A DNA stretch of 64,000 nucleotides from Heteronotia binoei (taxonomy: Eukaryota): positions 250,604,001-250,668,000 of the forward strand of contig NC_083223.1 in the NCBI RefSeq assembly GCF_032191835.1, in the 5' to 3' direction. The notes below the pieces were generated by a model. That model ran no database searches and was not told the origin of the DNA. It saw only the letters and a program-made list of their open reading frames with translations. Position numbers and translations under genes: made by a program. This document shows, one piece after another, positions 13,161 through 25,573 of this stretch (position 1 is the first letter of the stretch; each line of letters starts with the position of its first letter).

Positions 13161-14485
13161 TACAGCCCTATAGGCATGAAACACTTCCCTCAGCTCTCTC
13201 CCCCACCTCGTTTCTTCTCCTCCAACCACCGACTTTATTCTAACCAGGGCCTTTCCTGAACAGTCTTTACGCAAACCGGAACCAGTCCCACTTTCTCAGG
13301 CTTTTGGTGGCCACTTCCTATGGTCGCCAACTCTGGCCTGGGAAAGTCCTGGATATCTGGAGGTGGAGCCTGTGGGAGAGGGATTTCACCTAGAATGGTG
13401 TGCCATAGAATCTGCCCTCGGAAGCGGCTATTGTCTTAAGGGGAACTGACGTCTGTAGCCTCGAGATGAGTTGCAAATCCCAGGGGAACTCCAGGACCCA
13501 CCTGGAGGTTGGCAAGGCTACTTTTCAACGAGGCCCTGACGCCTTTTTTCCTTTCTCCTCGCTTTGGCAAGAGACCAAAAAGAAAAGTGTATGCGCGCCC
13601 CCGCGTAAGGGCGCCCGGCCAGAAGAGAGAGTGGGCCGCTGCCCTCCCTTTCTGCCTGCTGAAAGCCTGAGTCGTTTCCTTGCGGCTGAGCGACCTCTTT
13701 GGGCTCAGTCGTTCTCGTAACCTCATGCGCAGCCCCTCGCACACAGAGGGCGCTCAAGTGCTGTAGTAGATCTCACGAAGAACTCATCCCCCCCCCTCAT
13801 TCTGGGAGTGTCCCGAGCCAATATTTCACACAACCACACGCTCCTTCGCGCAGCGACGCTGTGCGTAGAGCTCAGCAGGCAGGGCGGGTACTTTCTCTTT
13901 CCAGAGACTGTAATCAATCTTGCCCGCAGGCTCCCTCCCACCATCACCTTGAGGGTCTCTAGGGAGCCAAAGACCGACAACTGAAAGCCGCCTAAAGGGT
14001 GGTTTACAACACTGTCCTGAAACCTAATTGTTACGTGGGAGAGATTTTTGGCAAGTGCAGCTTTTCGAGGATGAGAAGGTTTCAGCTGGGGAAATCCCTC
14101 CCTTGGCACAGCTATTAAGATTTAAAAAAAATTTAATTGTTCTCTAATTTTGCAATCCAGTTTTATTGCACTGTTTGTCCTACCGTGCTTGGCCGAGATT
14201 GCACTGTTTTCAAATGCTGTAATGCATTTTCAGACTCATTGAGTAGGCTGACTAGGAATACACTAAATAAAGTGTCTTTGCTGTTTTTCTCCACTTTGTC
14301 TTCCAAATTTGGGAGCGGGGATTGTGTGCATGGGTCCCTTCAGCATCTACACAACATCATCTTCTAATTATATGCTCTGCAAATTGTTCCAGTTCTCTGA
14401 TTATTTTGTTAAACCAGGATTACTGTGATCTTTGTTGAAAAAGTATGGGTCCAAGACTCCAAGTCCATTAGCAAGCCCTCTAGGG

Positions 14486-14972
14486 CAGCTGTCTCCAACC
14501 TTTTTGGCACCAGGGACTGGTTTTGTGGAAGACAATTTTTCCGGGGGTGGGAGGTGCGGGGGCTTCAGGATTATACAATTGTGCATTTTATTTCTATTTG
14601 TCTGGTGTGGTGGTTAAGTTTGCAGATTCTTATCTGGGAGAACTGGGTTTGATTCCCCACTCCTACACTTGCAGCTGCTGAAATGGCCTTGGGTCAGCCA
14701 TAGCTCTTGAAGACCTTGTCCTTGAAAGGGCAGCAGAGCTTTCTCAGCCCCACCTACCTCACAGGGTGTCTGTTGTGGGGGAGGAAGGTAAAGGAGATTG
14801 TGAACCACTCTGAAATTTGGAGTTGAGGGCAGTATATAAAAACAATGTCTTCGTCGTCTTATTGTTATTACTATATTGTAATATATAATGAAATAATTAT
14901 AAAACTCATGGTCCAGTTGCTAACAGGCCATGGACCAATACCGGTCCATGGCCCAGGGGTTGGGGACCCCTG
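14486..14972. mobile_element. hAT-type MITE with nested tRNA-derived SINE
   Basis: 8-bp TSD ctctaggg (14478-14485, 14973-14980); SINE at about 14605-14850 inside. Confidence 0.85.
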
Positions 14973-17900
14973 CTCTAGGGGAGCTCATAATTCTGATGGT
15001 TCCACCCACATTGCCACCATTTCCCCTGCCATGCCACCAGAGGGCTTTTGGGAGCAAAATCAGGCGGATTGCCTGTTGATCTGAAGCAGCAGAACAAAGT
15101 TTGAGCCCACTGGCTCCTTTAAGACCAACAAAGTTTTATTCAAGATACAGGCTTCCATGTGCATCCATGCAAAGCTTATACCTGGGACAAAACCAGTAAT
15201 TGCTATATTGTTAAACAATCTACTAGTTCCTTTGAATACCTTTATTTCATTTTTTTTAAAGTCTCTAGTTCCTTTGTTGTGTTTATATGGGGAAAACCTT
15301 TCCACTTATATCTCCACAGTGAAAATGGGGGGATGAAATGAGCATTCCAGTAACTAGCAGATCATGGTAATAGATTGTTACAACAAAAGAAGAAGATGAT
15401 GATGATATTGGATTTATATCCTGCCCTATATTCTGAATGTCAGAGTCTCAGAGCGGTTACAATCTCCTTTACCTTCCCCCCCTCCACCTCCAGCACAACA
15501 GACACCCTGTTTGGTAGGTGGAGCTGAGAGAGCTCTTATAGCAGCTGCCCTTTCAAGGACAACTCCTGCGAGAGATATGGCTGACCCAAGGCCATTCCAG
15601 CAGCTGCAAGTGGAAGAGTGGGGAATCAAACCCGGTTCTCCCAGATAAGAATCCGCACACTTAATCACTACACCAAACTGGCTCTCTATAGTTACTATAG
15701 CACAGTAACGATTACCATTATTTTTTAAAAGCCCTCAAAGGTACTCTGGTGGCATGAATGCTTTTTATTTTATTTTTATTTTTATTATATTTATATCCCA
15801 CCCTCCCCTATTGGGCTCAGGGCGGCTAACAGCAGTTAAAGCACACAAGAGTAAATATTACAATAAAATCATAAAAATCATTAAAACATCTTAACATATA
15901 CAATTTTAGTACCTAGATGGCATTGCTGTTAATTCTTGGTTAGCGCTATTTGCTGTAGTGGATGGGAAATGGCTACTGACAGATGGAAGTTTGCCACCTG
16001 GATGCTCTATTGCCAGTATACATGCCTCTGTGTTCACAGCTGTGATGACAGGGAAACGGAGAATCCTCGCCTTGCAGATGCAGACTTCAAGCCAGCGAGT
16101 GTAACAGTTAAGTATGTACAGGGGGAGAAATTAGTGTGACCTTGATCAGTCACTCACTTTCTGTCTAATCTGCCTCACGGTATTGTGAGGATAAAATGGG
16201 GGGTCTGGCAGAATAGTGGACTTTAGCAGTTCAGCCTTACATGATGAGTAAATGTGAATTCAAATCCCAACTGGGTGATCTGGAGAGACACTGATTTACT
16301 GAGAGGATACATTATGAATGTGGGTTGCTGGTGTTGAGAAACACCTGTTAATAAGTTTCCGGGTCTCAGGGGAGAACTGGAAAAGACCCCAGACCCAGAA
16401 AAGACCCCAGACTGAACCAACAGAATGACACCATATAAGACAGACACTTTGAGACAGATCTTGCAGCAGATTTGTTTGTATAGCCTATCTGTATTTCCAA
16501 ATTCTGCCCTTCCTCCCAGGAGTTCAGAGTGGCATGCGTGATTTCCCCCTCCTCTTTTGTATTTTTGTTCAGAGAGCCAGCTTGGTGTAGTGGTTAAGAA
16601 TGGGGAATCTAATCTAGAGAACTGAGTTTGATTGCCCACTCTTCCACATGCAGCCAACTGGGTGACTTTGGGTTGGCCACCGGTCTCTCACAGCTCTCTC
16701 AATCCTACCTACCTCACAGGGTGTCTTTTATGGGGAGGGGAAGGGAAAGAGAATGCAAGCTACTTTGAGACTCTCAGTGCAGGGCAGGGTATAAATCCAA
16801 CTCTTCTTAAAAAAACAAAACAAAGTACATCAGTCTGAAAGAGTGTCACAGACCCCGTTTTCATGGCTGAGTGGAGATTTGAACCCATGCCCTATTATAA
16901 CACTTTAATCACTATACCACACTGGCACAGGATCCCAGTTCTGACACATACACAAGGTTCCAGACAGTATCTCCAGTTACAGGATATCAGGTAGGAGGGA
17001 TTGGAAAAAGCCTTTCTGAGATCCTGGACAGTTACTGTCCATAAGAGTAGACAATAGTAAACCAGGTGGAGCCATGAACTAATTCAGTAGAAGAGCCAGG
17101 GTGGCACTGTTGGATTAAGATCAGGGAAACCTGGATTAAGATCCCTGTTTGTTATCTAGCTTACTGGGTATCCTTGAGTTATTTACTTTCGTTTAGACTA
17201 AGCTATTTTACAGGGTTACTGAACAAAGTTTGAGTCCAGTGGCACCTTTAAGACTAACAATGCTTAATTCTGTTTATAAACTTTCATGCGCATGCACACA
17301 TCTTCAGATACTTCAGATTCTTCTCTCCCCAGGAGCAATGAAACAGTTTCCATGGCATTGGGTTCGCTGGTTGATTGTTTGACTTTGTATGCATAGTTTT
17401 AAATTGCCTGTTTATGTTGTGATCCGCTCTGAGCTCCACAATCCTGGGGGAGAGTGAAATAGAAATTGAATACATAAATAAATACCTGAAGAACTATGCA
17501 TGCACAGGAAAGCTTATCCCCAGAATTAAACCCTGTTGGTCTTAAACGGACCACTGGATTCAAACTCTCTTCTGTTGCTTCAGATCAACACGGGTACCCC
17601 ACCTGAATCTATTTGCAGGGTTACTGCAAGGAGGAAATGAAAGGAACCTACGCCACCCTGAAGTCCCTTGCAGGGCAAATAGGATAGAAATGCACCAAAT
17701 AAATAAATCCTTATGTTCATACAATTTTAGACAGGTCTGAATAAATGCTCCCCCTAAGGTGTAGAGTCTTGTGAGCAAAAATTCTAGCTACTGGCGTGAT
17801 AATTGTGAGTGAGCGATTTAGCTACTGCATAAATTAGTTTTTGCTCTGGGGCCATCCTTCCTGAGCGAAGACAAAAATGTATGAGTCGGCAGCTAAAAAA

Positions 17901-18535
17901 ACTCATACTAACTCAGCTTAGATGGAACACCGGTCTGAATCCCCGAGCCTTTCTCATGGCATACACCCGGGCCTGCGTGCGTATTTTCTTTCTGCCCTGA
18001 CAGCTTCAAGGCAAGCATCATCCTCGCTCTCCCATCTGCCACATTACCGGAAGTCCTGCTGATCGGGAAATATTTTTTATTAGCTGGGCATCTCCCAAGG
18101 AATCTTGGGAATTGTAGTTTTGCTACTTTGCTGGTTGGAAACCTGATCTTTTGTTATCACACGTTATCCACCGTCCGGCGCGTTTTTGCATCCGCAGCCC
18201 ATAGCCGTTGTCCTGCTGCCGCCATGCCGGCCGAATCACAGTATACAGTGAACAGCGGAGTAATTGACACACATATAGAATCATAGAGTTGGAAGGGATC
18301 TCCAGGGTCGTCTAGTCCAACCCCCTGCAAAATACAGGAAATTCACAAATACCCCCCACTCATATGTAGAGGAAACCTTTTGAACACCAGTGCTGTGGTT
18401 CAGTGGTAGAGCATCTGCTTCGCGTGCAGAAAATTACAGGTTCAATCCCCGGCATCTCCTTTTAAAAGGATCAGGCAGTGAAAGACCTCCGCCTGAAATC
18501 CGGAGAGCCACCGCCAGCCTGAGTAGATAACAATA

Positions 18536-18780
18536 CTTGAACAAAGCAGGAGTCAAGTCGCACCTTTAAGACCAACCAAGTTTTATTCAGAACGTAAAAC
18601 TTTCGTGTGCTTTCTAAGCACACTAAGCACAAGTATACCTGATCCCCTCGTCTGATGAAGTGTGCTTAGAGAGCACACGAAAGTTTTACGTTCTGAATAA
18701 AACTTGGTTGGTCTTAAAGGTACACTTGACTCCTGCTTTGTTCAACTACTTCAGACCAACAGGGCTGCCCACTTGGATCT
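18536..18780. mobile_element. Penelope-type terminal repeat in inverted (tail-to-tail) configuration
   Basis: About 85-bp inverted arms containing tttaagaccaac. Hammerhead-like core ctgatga...gtgtgc-loop-gcacac-gaaa at 18652-18682. Related ends near 15085-15205, 17220-17330, 17485-17600, 37900-38210 and 45930-46050. Confidence 0.6.
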
Positions 18781-18921
18781 AGATAATAATACTGATCTTG
18801 ATGGACCGGTGGTCTGATTTAGGACAACTTGACCAGACCTGCTGCACGAGTATTTGTTTTAAGCAGTGCCTAGATTTCTATTAAGAGACGGGGTTAAAAC
18901 AAAATGCCAAAGAATAAATAT

Positions 18922-19055
18922 NNNNNNNNNNNNNNNNNNNNNNNNNNNNNNNNNNNNNNNNNNNNNNNNNNNNNNNNNNNNNNNNNNNNNNNNNNNNNNN
19001 NNNNNNNNNNNNNNNNNNNNNNNNNNNNNNNNNNNNNNNNNNNNNNNNNNNNNNN
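18922..19055. other. Assembly gap (N run) in the GC-rich TMED10-like promoter
   Basis: 134 N. Confidence 1.
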
Positions 19056-19400
19056 TCCCGCCCCCCGCCCCGAATGATCCCCTCTCGCTACATCGCAGGG
19101 CTAAGCGATCTTGGGGGCGTGGCTTCCTCCCGGCTAGGCTCCGCCCCCTCCGGAGTGCGCTGGCTGGAGAGCGCCACGTCGGATGTGAACGAAGCAAGCA
19201 GGGAGGGCTGGGCGGCAGCCGAGCGAAAGGAACCCGAAGCTCCGCGCGTGGAAGCTGGGGCTGGCCTTGGGCGCGCAAGGAGGGCATCGTCCGCCCCTGC
19301 GCTGATTCGAGAGGATCGCCTTGGGAGGGGAGAGATTTGCACCGGGAAAGAAACGATCTCAGTGTAAACCGGTCCGGGTTCAATTCGGGGTCTGCTGCCC
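19056..19400 (+). promoter_or_regulatory. GC-rich CpG promoter / 5' UTR of TMED10-like
   Basis: High CpG density and GC boxes (ccgccccccgcccc near 19058, ggctccgcccc near 19137), next to an N-gap. Confidence 0.65.
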
Positions 19401-19407
19401 GCCAGCC

Positions 19408-19605
19408 ATGCGGGTCCTCCCCGGACTCTTGGGTCCCTTGGCGCTGATGCTGGCGCTGGAGGCCGGCAGCTGCCACGGGCTGTCTTTCCACTTGCCACCG
19501 CAGAGCCGCAAGTGCCTTAAAGAGGAGCTCCACCGGGACGTGATGGTCACCGGAGAATACGAAGTCTCGGAAGCTGCTGCTCCCGGGGTCAGGACAGATC
19601 TCCGG
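19408..19605 (+). CDS. TMED10-like: p24-delta / transmembrane emp24 domain protein 10-like, exon 1 (signal peptide and start of GOLD domain)
   Basis: gccagccATG; MRVLPGLLGPLALMLALEAGSCHGLSFHLPPQSRKCLKEELHRDVMVTGEYEVSEAAAPGVRTDLR (66 aa); donor CGG|GTGAGC, phase 0. Aligns to TMED10 [28 protein letters not shown]. Confidence 0.95.
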
Positions 19606-19765
19606 GTGAGCGGAGCAGGCCTTTTCCGCCCCCTACCCTGCGGTATCTTCAGCTCTTCTTCGCTGCTTTAAAGCCGCCCCCCACACACACCAATGTTGGC
19701 CTGTACCTCCAGTGTTTCCAGAGACAGGGAATTAGTTCATGCTGCTGTCCCTTCTCTTTCCACAG

Positions 19766-19886
19766 GTCACCGACTCCTCTGGACACACACTGTACTCCAA
19801 GGACGATGCCAAAAAAGGGAAATTTGCCTTCACTACTGACAACTATGAAATCTATGAAATCTGCTTTGAGAGCCATGGACAGCCAG
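19766..19886 (+). CDS. TMED10-like: TMED10-like exon 2
   Basis: Acceptor ttccacag|, 121 nt, [40 protein letters not shown]+G, donor |gtaagg. Confidence 0.95.
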
Positions 19887-20435
19887 GTAAGGGGTTTCTA
19901 GGTGCTCTGGGCACTTCCCTTTCTCACTCTTCCTTTGATCACCTGCCTCTCCCTGGCCAGGCCTTGCCCCAGGCCTTGAGAAACATGCCTGGGTGTCCTG
20001 ACTCCTAATGCCAAATGTGATTGAGTTGGTTGGAGAGGAAAACACTCTGCAGGTGCCTAGAGGCCCATATTGTCTTTTGTTCAGGACAAATTCTGGATCC
20101 AAAAAGGGGCTTCTGCCTACTCCCAGTATGTACACCATTCGTTTGCCATCCCCAGTATTGCCTGCAGAAATCAGAAGTCTGTTTTAACTTGGAGGGGGGA
20201 GGAGTGTTAGATTTGAATCTTGCTGGAAGCCTTGCTCCTTAATTTCATGGATGGCTGTGGCCGCTTAGTGATAATGGGAAAGGCTTCCACACACTTTGTT
20301 ATTCAAGGGGTCTGGGGTGCTTAAGCCTCAGTTACGTACTTTTATTTTGTATAACCCTGTTTGCAGCTACCTGTCTCTCCGTCCTTTATCCTTATCCTGT
20401 CTCAAAGCTTATTCTCTCTTTCCTTGGTCTTCTAG

Positions 20436-20509
20436 GGAATTTCCGGATTCCAGATCAACTGGTCTCCCTTAATATAAAGCATGGTGTGGAGGCACGGAAT
20501 TATGATGAT
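20436..20509 (+). CDS. TMED10-like: TMED10-like exon 3
   Basis: Acceptor tcttctag|, 74 nt, (G)NFRIPDQLVSLNIKHGVEARNYDD, donor |gtaagc. Confidence 0.95.
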
Positions 20510-21646
20510 GTAAGCAAAGCATTTGTTTTGGCTGTCAAGTCGCAGCTGATTTATTGCAACCCCTCATGCGGTTTTCAAGGCAAGAGAGGAACAGAAGTAG
20601 TTTGCTGTTGCTTGTTTCTGCATAGTGACCTGGGCTTCATTGGAGGTCTCCCATCCAAATACTAACCAGGGCCAACCCTACTTAGCTTCCAAGAACTGAT
20701 GAGATCAGGCTAGCCTGGGCTATCCAGGTCAGAGCTAAATTTAGCTCTTAATATATCTGGGGACCAGTGTTCCCTCTAAGCCGCAGAATCTTGTGAGCAA
20801 AAATTCTGTTTTGTGAGCGACTGGCATTAAAGTTGTGAGCTGCTGCAAAAATTATTGTGCTCTGGGGCCATCCTTCCTGAGCTAAGACCAAAATGTGTGA
20901 GCTGGAGGCTAAAAATCTGTGAGCTGTCTCATGCTAACTCAGCTTAGAGGAGACACTACTGGGGGCATATATCCTTGTTTATTTATTAAAACACACCTTG
21001 CCTTTCCTTGTGGTTCAAAGCAGTTTGCAGTATCAGTTTAAAAACATTTTCTGTTAAAAACCAAAATAAAATAACAGACCCCAAATCTTACCTCTCTCTT
21101 CAAAGATGCCTGCCCATTCAACCCCTCACAGAAGCCCTGGTGAAGTCAGGACTTGCTGTGCCTCCTGAAGCTCTCCTAGGAGGGGGCCTTTCTCACCTCT
21201 TCTGGGAGCCCATCTACAGAGCCAGGGCCACAATGGAAAAGGCCTGGGCTCTGGTTGATTCCAGACAGGCCACTCTAAGTGGTGGCATAGCCAACAGATA
21301 GATGCCTGACAATCATAGCTGGCACACAACTGGCATGTAAAAAGACTGTCCTTCAGATATGTGGGTCTCAAATGATATTGCTCATGCTAGGCATGGGGGC
21401 AGTTTGTGCCAATCATCATTGCTTTGGGAAGTGGGAGAGAAGGATGGAGTCATTCTAGCAGAGACATTTCTGATGCTCCACCCAGAGGCATCTTGGGATG
21501 AAGAGGTTGTGCATTAAAAGTTCACCCACCCCCAAAGTGATTGCATTGTCCCCCACCACCCGCCAAAGTAACCTCTGTAGATCCAGTTCTAGTTAGGACT
21601 TTGTGTGAGTAATTTGCATTCATCCATCCCTCAAACCACCTTGCAG

Positions 21647-21773
21647 ATTGCTAAGGCAGAAAAACTAAAGCCCTTAGAGGTGGACTTGCGTCGGCTTGAA
21701 GACCTCTCGGAATCCATCGTGAAAGATTTTGCCTTCATGAAGCAACGTGAGGAGGAGATGCGAGACACCAATG
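21647..21773 (+). CDS. TMED10-like: TMED10-like exon 4 (coiled coil)
   Basis: Acceptor ccttgcag|, 127 nt, [42 protein letters not shown]+E, donor |gtgagt. Confidence 0.95.
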
Positions 21774-22299
21774 GTGAGTGACAGGCAAGCACTGAGATGT
21801 TGCCCCTCTCTGGGACCAGTGCAGGGATCAAGATAAACTATAAGGAAGACTCTTCTGCATTTCTGTTTTTCTTTTGTATTTAAATTGTAAGTTCCTTGGG
21901 GCAGAGACCTTCCTCTGTTGCTTAGGGAACTATAACGCTAGTGTATTGTAGTAGTGAAAGGAGTTCAAATCTCATCTTTGCCATGAGCTGATGGAGGTAA
22001 CGGGACTAGTTGCTGTTCTTTCAGCACCCCCAACCTGCCTACCTGAGCCTGCTTCAGCGGAGACGGCGGGATATAAATCCAATAAACCTTTAAAAAAACA
22101 ACAACACTGGGCTACATCAAAGTGCAGCTGTTTGGATTACTGAGATAACATCAGTGAAGTGCTCTACTTAAATGTGAATTCTTATTAAAATGTCCTGTAC
22201 ATTTATGACTATAAGAAGAATCCATACTCTAGAATCCAAGAACTTGAAAGGGAAACTTATAGTTCATCTTAGCACAAGAGGTCAGCTAGAAAACCTGAC

Positions 22300-23700
22300 T
22301 TTATTTATTTATTTATTACCATTTATATCCCACCCTCTCCGGAAGCGGACTCAGGGCGGCTCACAACATCATAAAATACAATCAATCCATAAAACATATA
22401 AAACCATAATTTACATATATCAACTTTAAAACCATTCTATGGCGCTATTTCAGTACAATATAGGCGGTATCGAATTCTCGACTGTGATTGTCAGCATTCT
22501 GTAAGATGTCCAGCGGCAGCCCTTTTTCAAACCGCAAAAGCCTGTTTAAATAATTCGGTCTTACAGGCCCTGCGGAACGCAGACAAATCCCGCAGGGCCC
22601 TTATGGCTTCTGGAAGGGTGTTCCAAAGTTCTGGTGCTGCCACCGAAAAAGCCCTGGATCTCGTCACACACCGCCTGGCTTCTTTTGGGCCAGGGGGAGA
22701 CAACAGATTTTTTTGTCCCTGATCGCAGTGCTCTCTGGGGGATATATGGGGAAAGGCGGTCCCGTAGATAGGCAGGTCCCTGACCATAAAGGGCTTTGAA
22801 GGTTAATACCAACATCTTGAAGCGAACTCGGAACACAACAGGCAACCATTGCATCTCCCTCAGCACAGGCTGAATGTGCTCCCATCGCGGCAGCCCCATT
22901 AACAGTCGTGCCGCAGCATTCTGCACTAGTTGTAGTCTCCGGGTTAGCGTCAAGGGTAGCCCCATGTAGAGAGCATTAGAGTGATCTATTCTTGAGGTGA
23001 CCGTAGCATGGATTACCGTCGCTAAGTTGTTGCGCTCCAGGTAAGGGGCCAGCTGCCGCGCTTGCCGAAGATGGAAAAAGGCAGATCTAACCGTGGCTGC
23101 TACCTGGGCCTCCATTGTAAGGGAGGACTCAAGAAGCACGCCTAAGCTCTTGGCCTTAGGGAGGGACCGGTATTAATGGTACCCCGTCAAGAGCCGGCAG
23201 CTGGATCTCTCCCCCCGGACCGCCTCGACCCAGGTAGAGAACCTCCGTCTTCGTCGAATTCAGTTTCAGCCGACTCAGTCTGAGCCAAGAAGCCACGGCT
23301 TGTAGCGCCAGGTCTAGATTTTCCAGGGTACAGTCAGACTGGCCACCCATCTATAGATAGAGCTGGGTGTCATCCGCATATTGATGGCAACCCAGTCCGT
23401 ACCTCCTGACAATCTGGGCAAGGGGGCGCATATAGATATTAAATAGCATTGGGGATAGGACCACTCCCTGCGGCACCCCACAACTAAGAGAGTGCTTCTG
23501 GGATGCTTCCTCCCCTATCACCACCCTTTGTCCCCGATCCTGGAGAAAGGAGGTCAGCCACTGTAAGGCAGATCCCTGAATCTCCACATCGGCAAGGCGG
23601 CTAGTCAGTAGCTGATGGTCAACCATGTCAAAAGCGGCTGACAGATCTAATAACAACAGCACCGCAGAGCCGCCCTGATCCAGCTGTCCAACTTGTTCTT
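22300..23700 (-). mobile_element. 5'-truncated L2-type LINE with decayed reverse transcriptase, in TMED10-like intron 4
   Basis: RT motifs LLLLDLSAAFDMVDH, GVPQGVVLSPMLFNIY and YADDTQLY, plus a C-terminal LQLVQNAAARLL segment. Broken by stops and frameshifts; (TAAA)n tail at about 22300. Confidence 0.9.
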
Positions 23701-25049
23701 GAGCATCGGGACTTTTCTTAAAACCTCCTAAGAGGGAGACTCTGCAACTTCTGTGGCCAAATCAACAGTTAGAGCATTCTTTCTGACTTTTCACCTAAGA
23801 GTTTAAAGTCATTGTTTTTTGTTTCATGAAAGCAGTGAATACCTGATTTTCCCTTATCTTTCTGTGATCTTTGAAAGTATCTAAAAATCTGTTCACTTTT
23901 AATTTTCTTTACTGTTGGCTAAGCATGCCTGATCCTTCAACTTCCAACAGGGTTCGCCCAAGGTGTATTTTTGCTGCTGCATGTCAGGATTTCTTGCACT
24001 GGCTCAAAATATGTTGGGGAAGGGAGGAGGAGGAGGAAGAAGAAGATGTTATTGGATTTATATCCTGCCCTATATTCTGAATCTCAGTGTCTCAGAGCGG
24101 TCACAATCTCCTTTACCTCACCCCCCACAACAGACACCCTGTAAGGTGGGTGGGGCTGAGAGAGCTCTCCCAGAAGCTGCCCTTTCAAGGACAACTCCTA
24201 TGAGAGCTATGGCTGACTCAAGGCCATTCCAGCAGCTGCAAGTGAAGGAGTGGGGAATCAAATCCGATTCTCCCAGTTAAGAGTCTATGCACTTAACCAC
24301 TACACCAAACTGGCTCTCTATTTGAACCAAGGCAGGTTCGAATCCCCACTCTGCCTTGGAAGCTTGTTGGATTAACTTGGAACAATCACACACTTATAAG
24401 TTCTCAGATCACTTTAAAAACATATTCCTGCACCAAGCTCCTGGTTATGGTGAAGCCCTGTTAAATTTGTTTGCCTTGGATGAACTGAATCCAGCTCTCT
24501 GATTTCTTGGGTCATTTCCAAATGGAAGAGGAGGCAGGCTGTGCTAAATATATACATTCAGTCAGCACCTTTTATCTCCTGTGAGGAATGCTGATTGTGT
24601 TCATGGAGTTACTGAGGGAACGAATGGTGAGTTCTTCAGAATCAGCTGTTGAGCATCATGGTAGAGAGACAGGAGACCCATGAATCACATCACAGGGTGC
24701 AGTTTTCCACAGTGGCCAGATAGATGCTTCCAATCCATAAGGTTCTTCCTCTTTTCTAATGTTCTAGTTAAGTACTGTGGCTAACAGATCTATCCTCCTT
24801 CACTTTGCCTCTTAAATCCAAGTATTCACAGTACCCTACATTGGCACATCATTCCAGTGCTAAGGATGCATCTCTGAAACATGTGAAGTAATAATGGAGC
24901 ACCTCTGAGCATGAGCAAAGAGCATCTCTTTACCATTGACTAATTCCCCACACCACCCCCATCTCAGATTCAGTGAAAGTAGCTTCTAGACAAGTGCTAT
25001 GACTTACATTCCTGATGCTTTGTTGTTGTTTCATGTTTTCTGTTTGCAG

Positions 25050-25171
25050 AATCCACCAGTGCTCGTGTCTTCTGCTTCAGCATCTTCTCCATGTTATGTC
25101 TTGTGGGTCTGGCCACCTGGCAGGTCTTCTATCTCCGGCGTTTCTTCAAAGCCAAGAAACTCATCGAGTGA
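25050..25171 (+). CDS. TMED10-like: TMED10-like exon 5 (transmembrane helix and FFKAKKLIE cytoplasmic tail)
   Basis: Acceptor tgtttgcag|, 122 nt to TGA, (E)[39 protein letters not shown]. Spliced CDS is 642 nt (213 aa) with no frame breaks. Confidence 0.95.
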
Positions 25172-25567
25172 ATGAGCTCCGGTCCGGGGTAGGGGGGGTG
25201 CAAAGAGCAGATACCCCCATGCTCCCCACTGGGTTTCTTGCTGGCCTGTGAGCCACATCTCATCAAAGTTCTTCCACCCACCAATTTCGATCAGCTCCTG
25301 AGCCGACGGGGGTTTTTTTTCTCCAGGATTTTTCCCAGCTAGGACTTTTAATGGGACATTGTGGCCCTTGGACTGGATCTCTGCCAGCTGGGAAGGAAGT
25401 CTTGTCATCAAAAAGGCATAGATTCTGGATGCCAGACTTGAAAAGAATTGGCCCCCCCTTTTCTGGTGTGGACTGTGCCGTTCTTTTTTCCCATGGGGAT
25501 GAGGGATCTCTGATTAGAATGTAATTTAAGTCCTGATTGGCGAATGCTGAAAGGAAATTTTGAAAAT

Positions 25568-25573
25568 AATAAA
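25568..25573 (+). terminator. Probable polyadenylation signal of TMED10-like
   Basis: First AATAAA downstream of the stop codon (about 400 nt), followed by U/GU-rich sequence. Confidence 0.55.

Noticed and set aside
18388-18460. tRNA-Ala-like sequence
   Set aside because: Acceptor and T stems are broken and it continues into a SINE body; it is a SINE head, not a tRNA gene.
20620-20735. 5S rRNA-like sequences (also near 28.1, 35.2 and 50.3 kb)
   Set aside because: Partial, diverged and fused to an RTE-type tail; these are SINE3 copies, not 5S genes.
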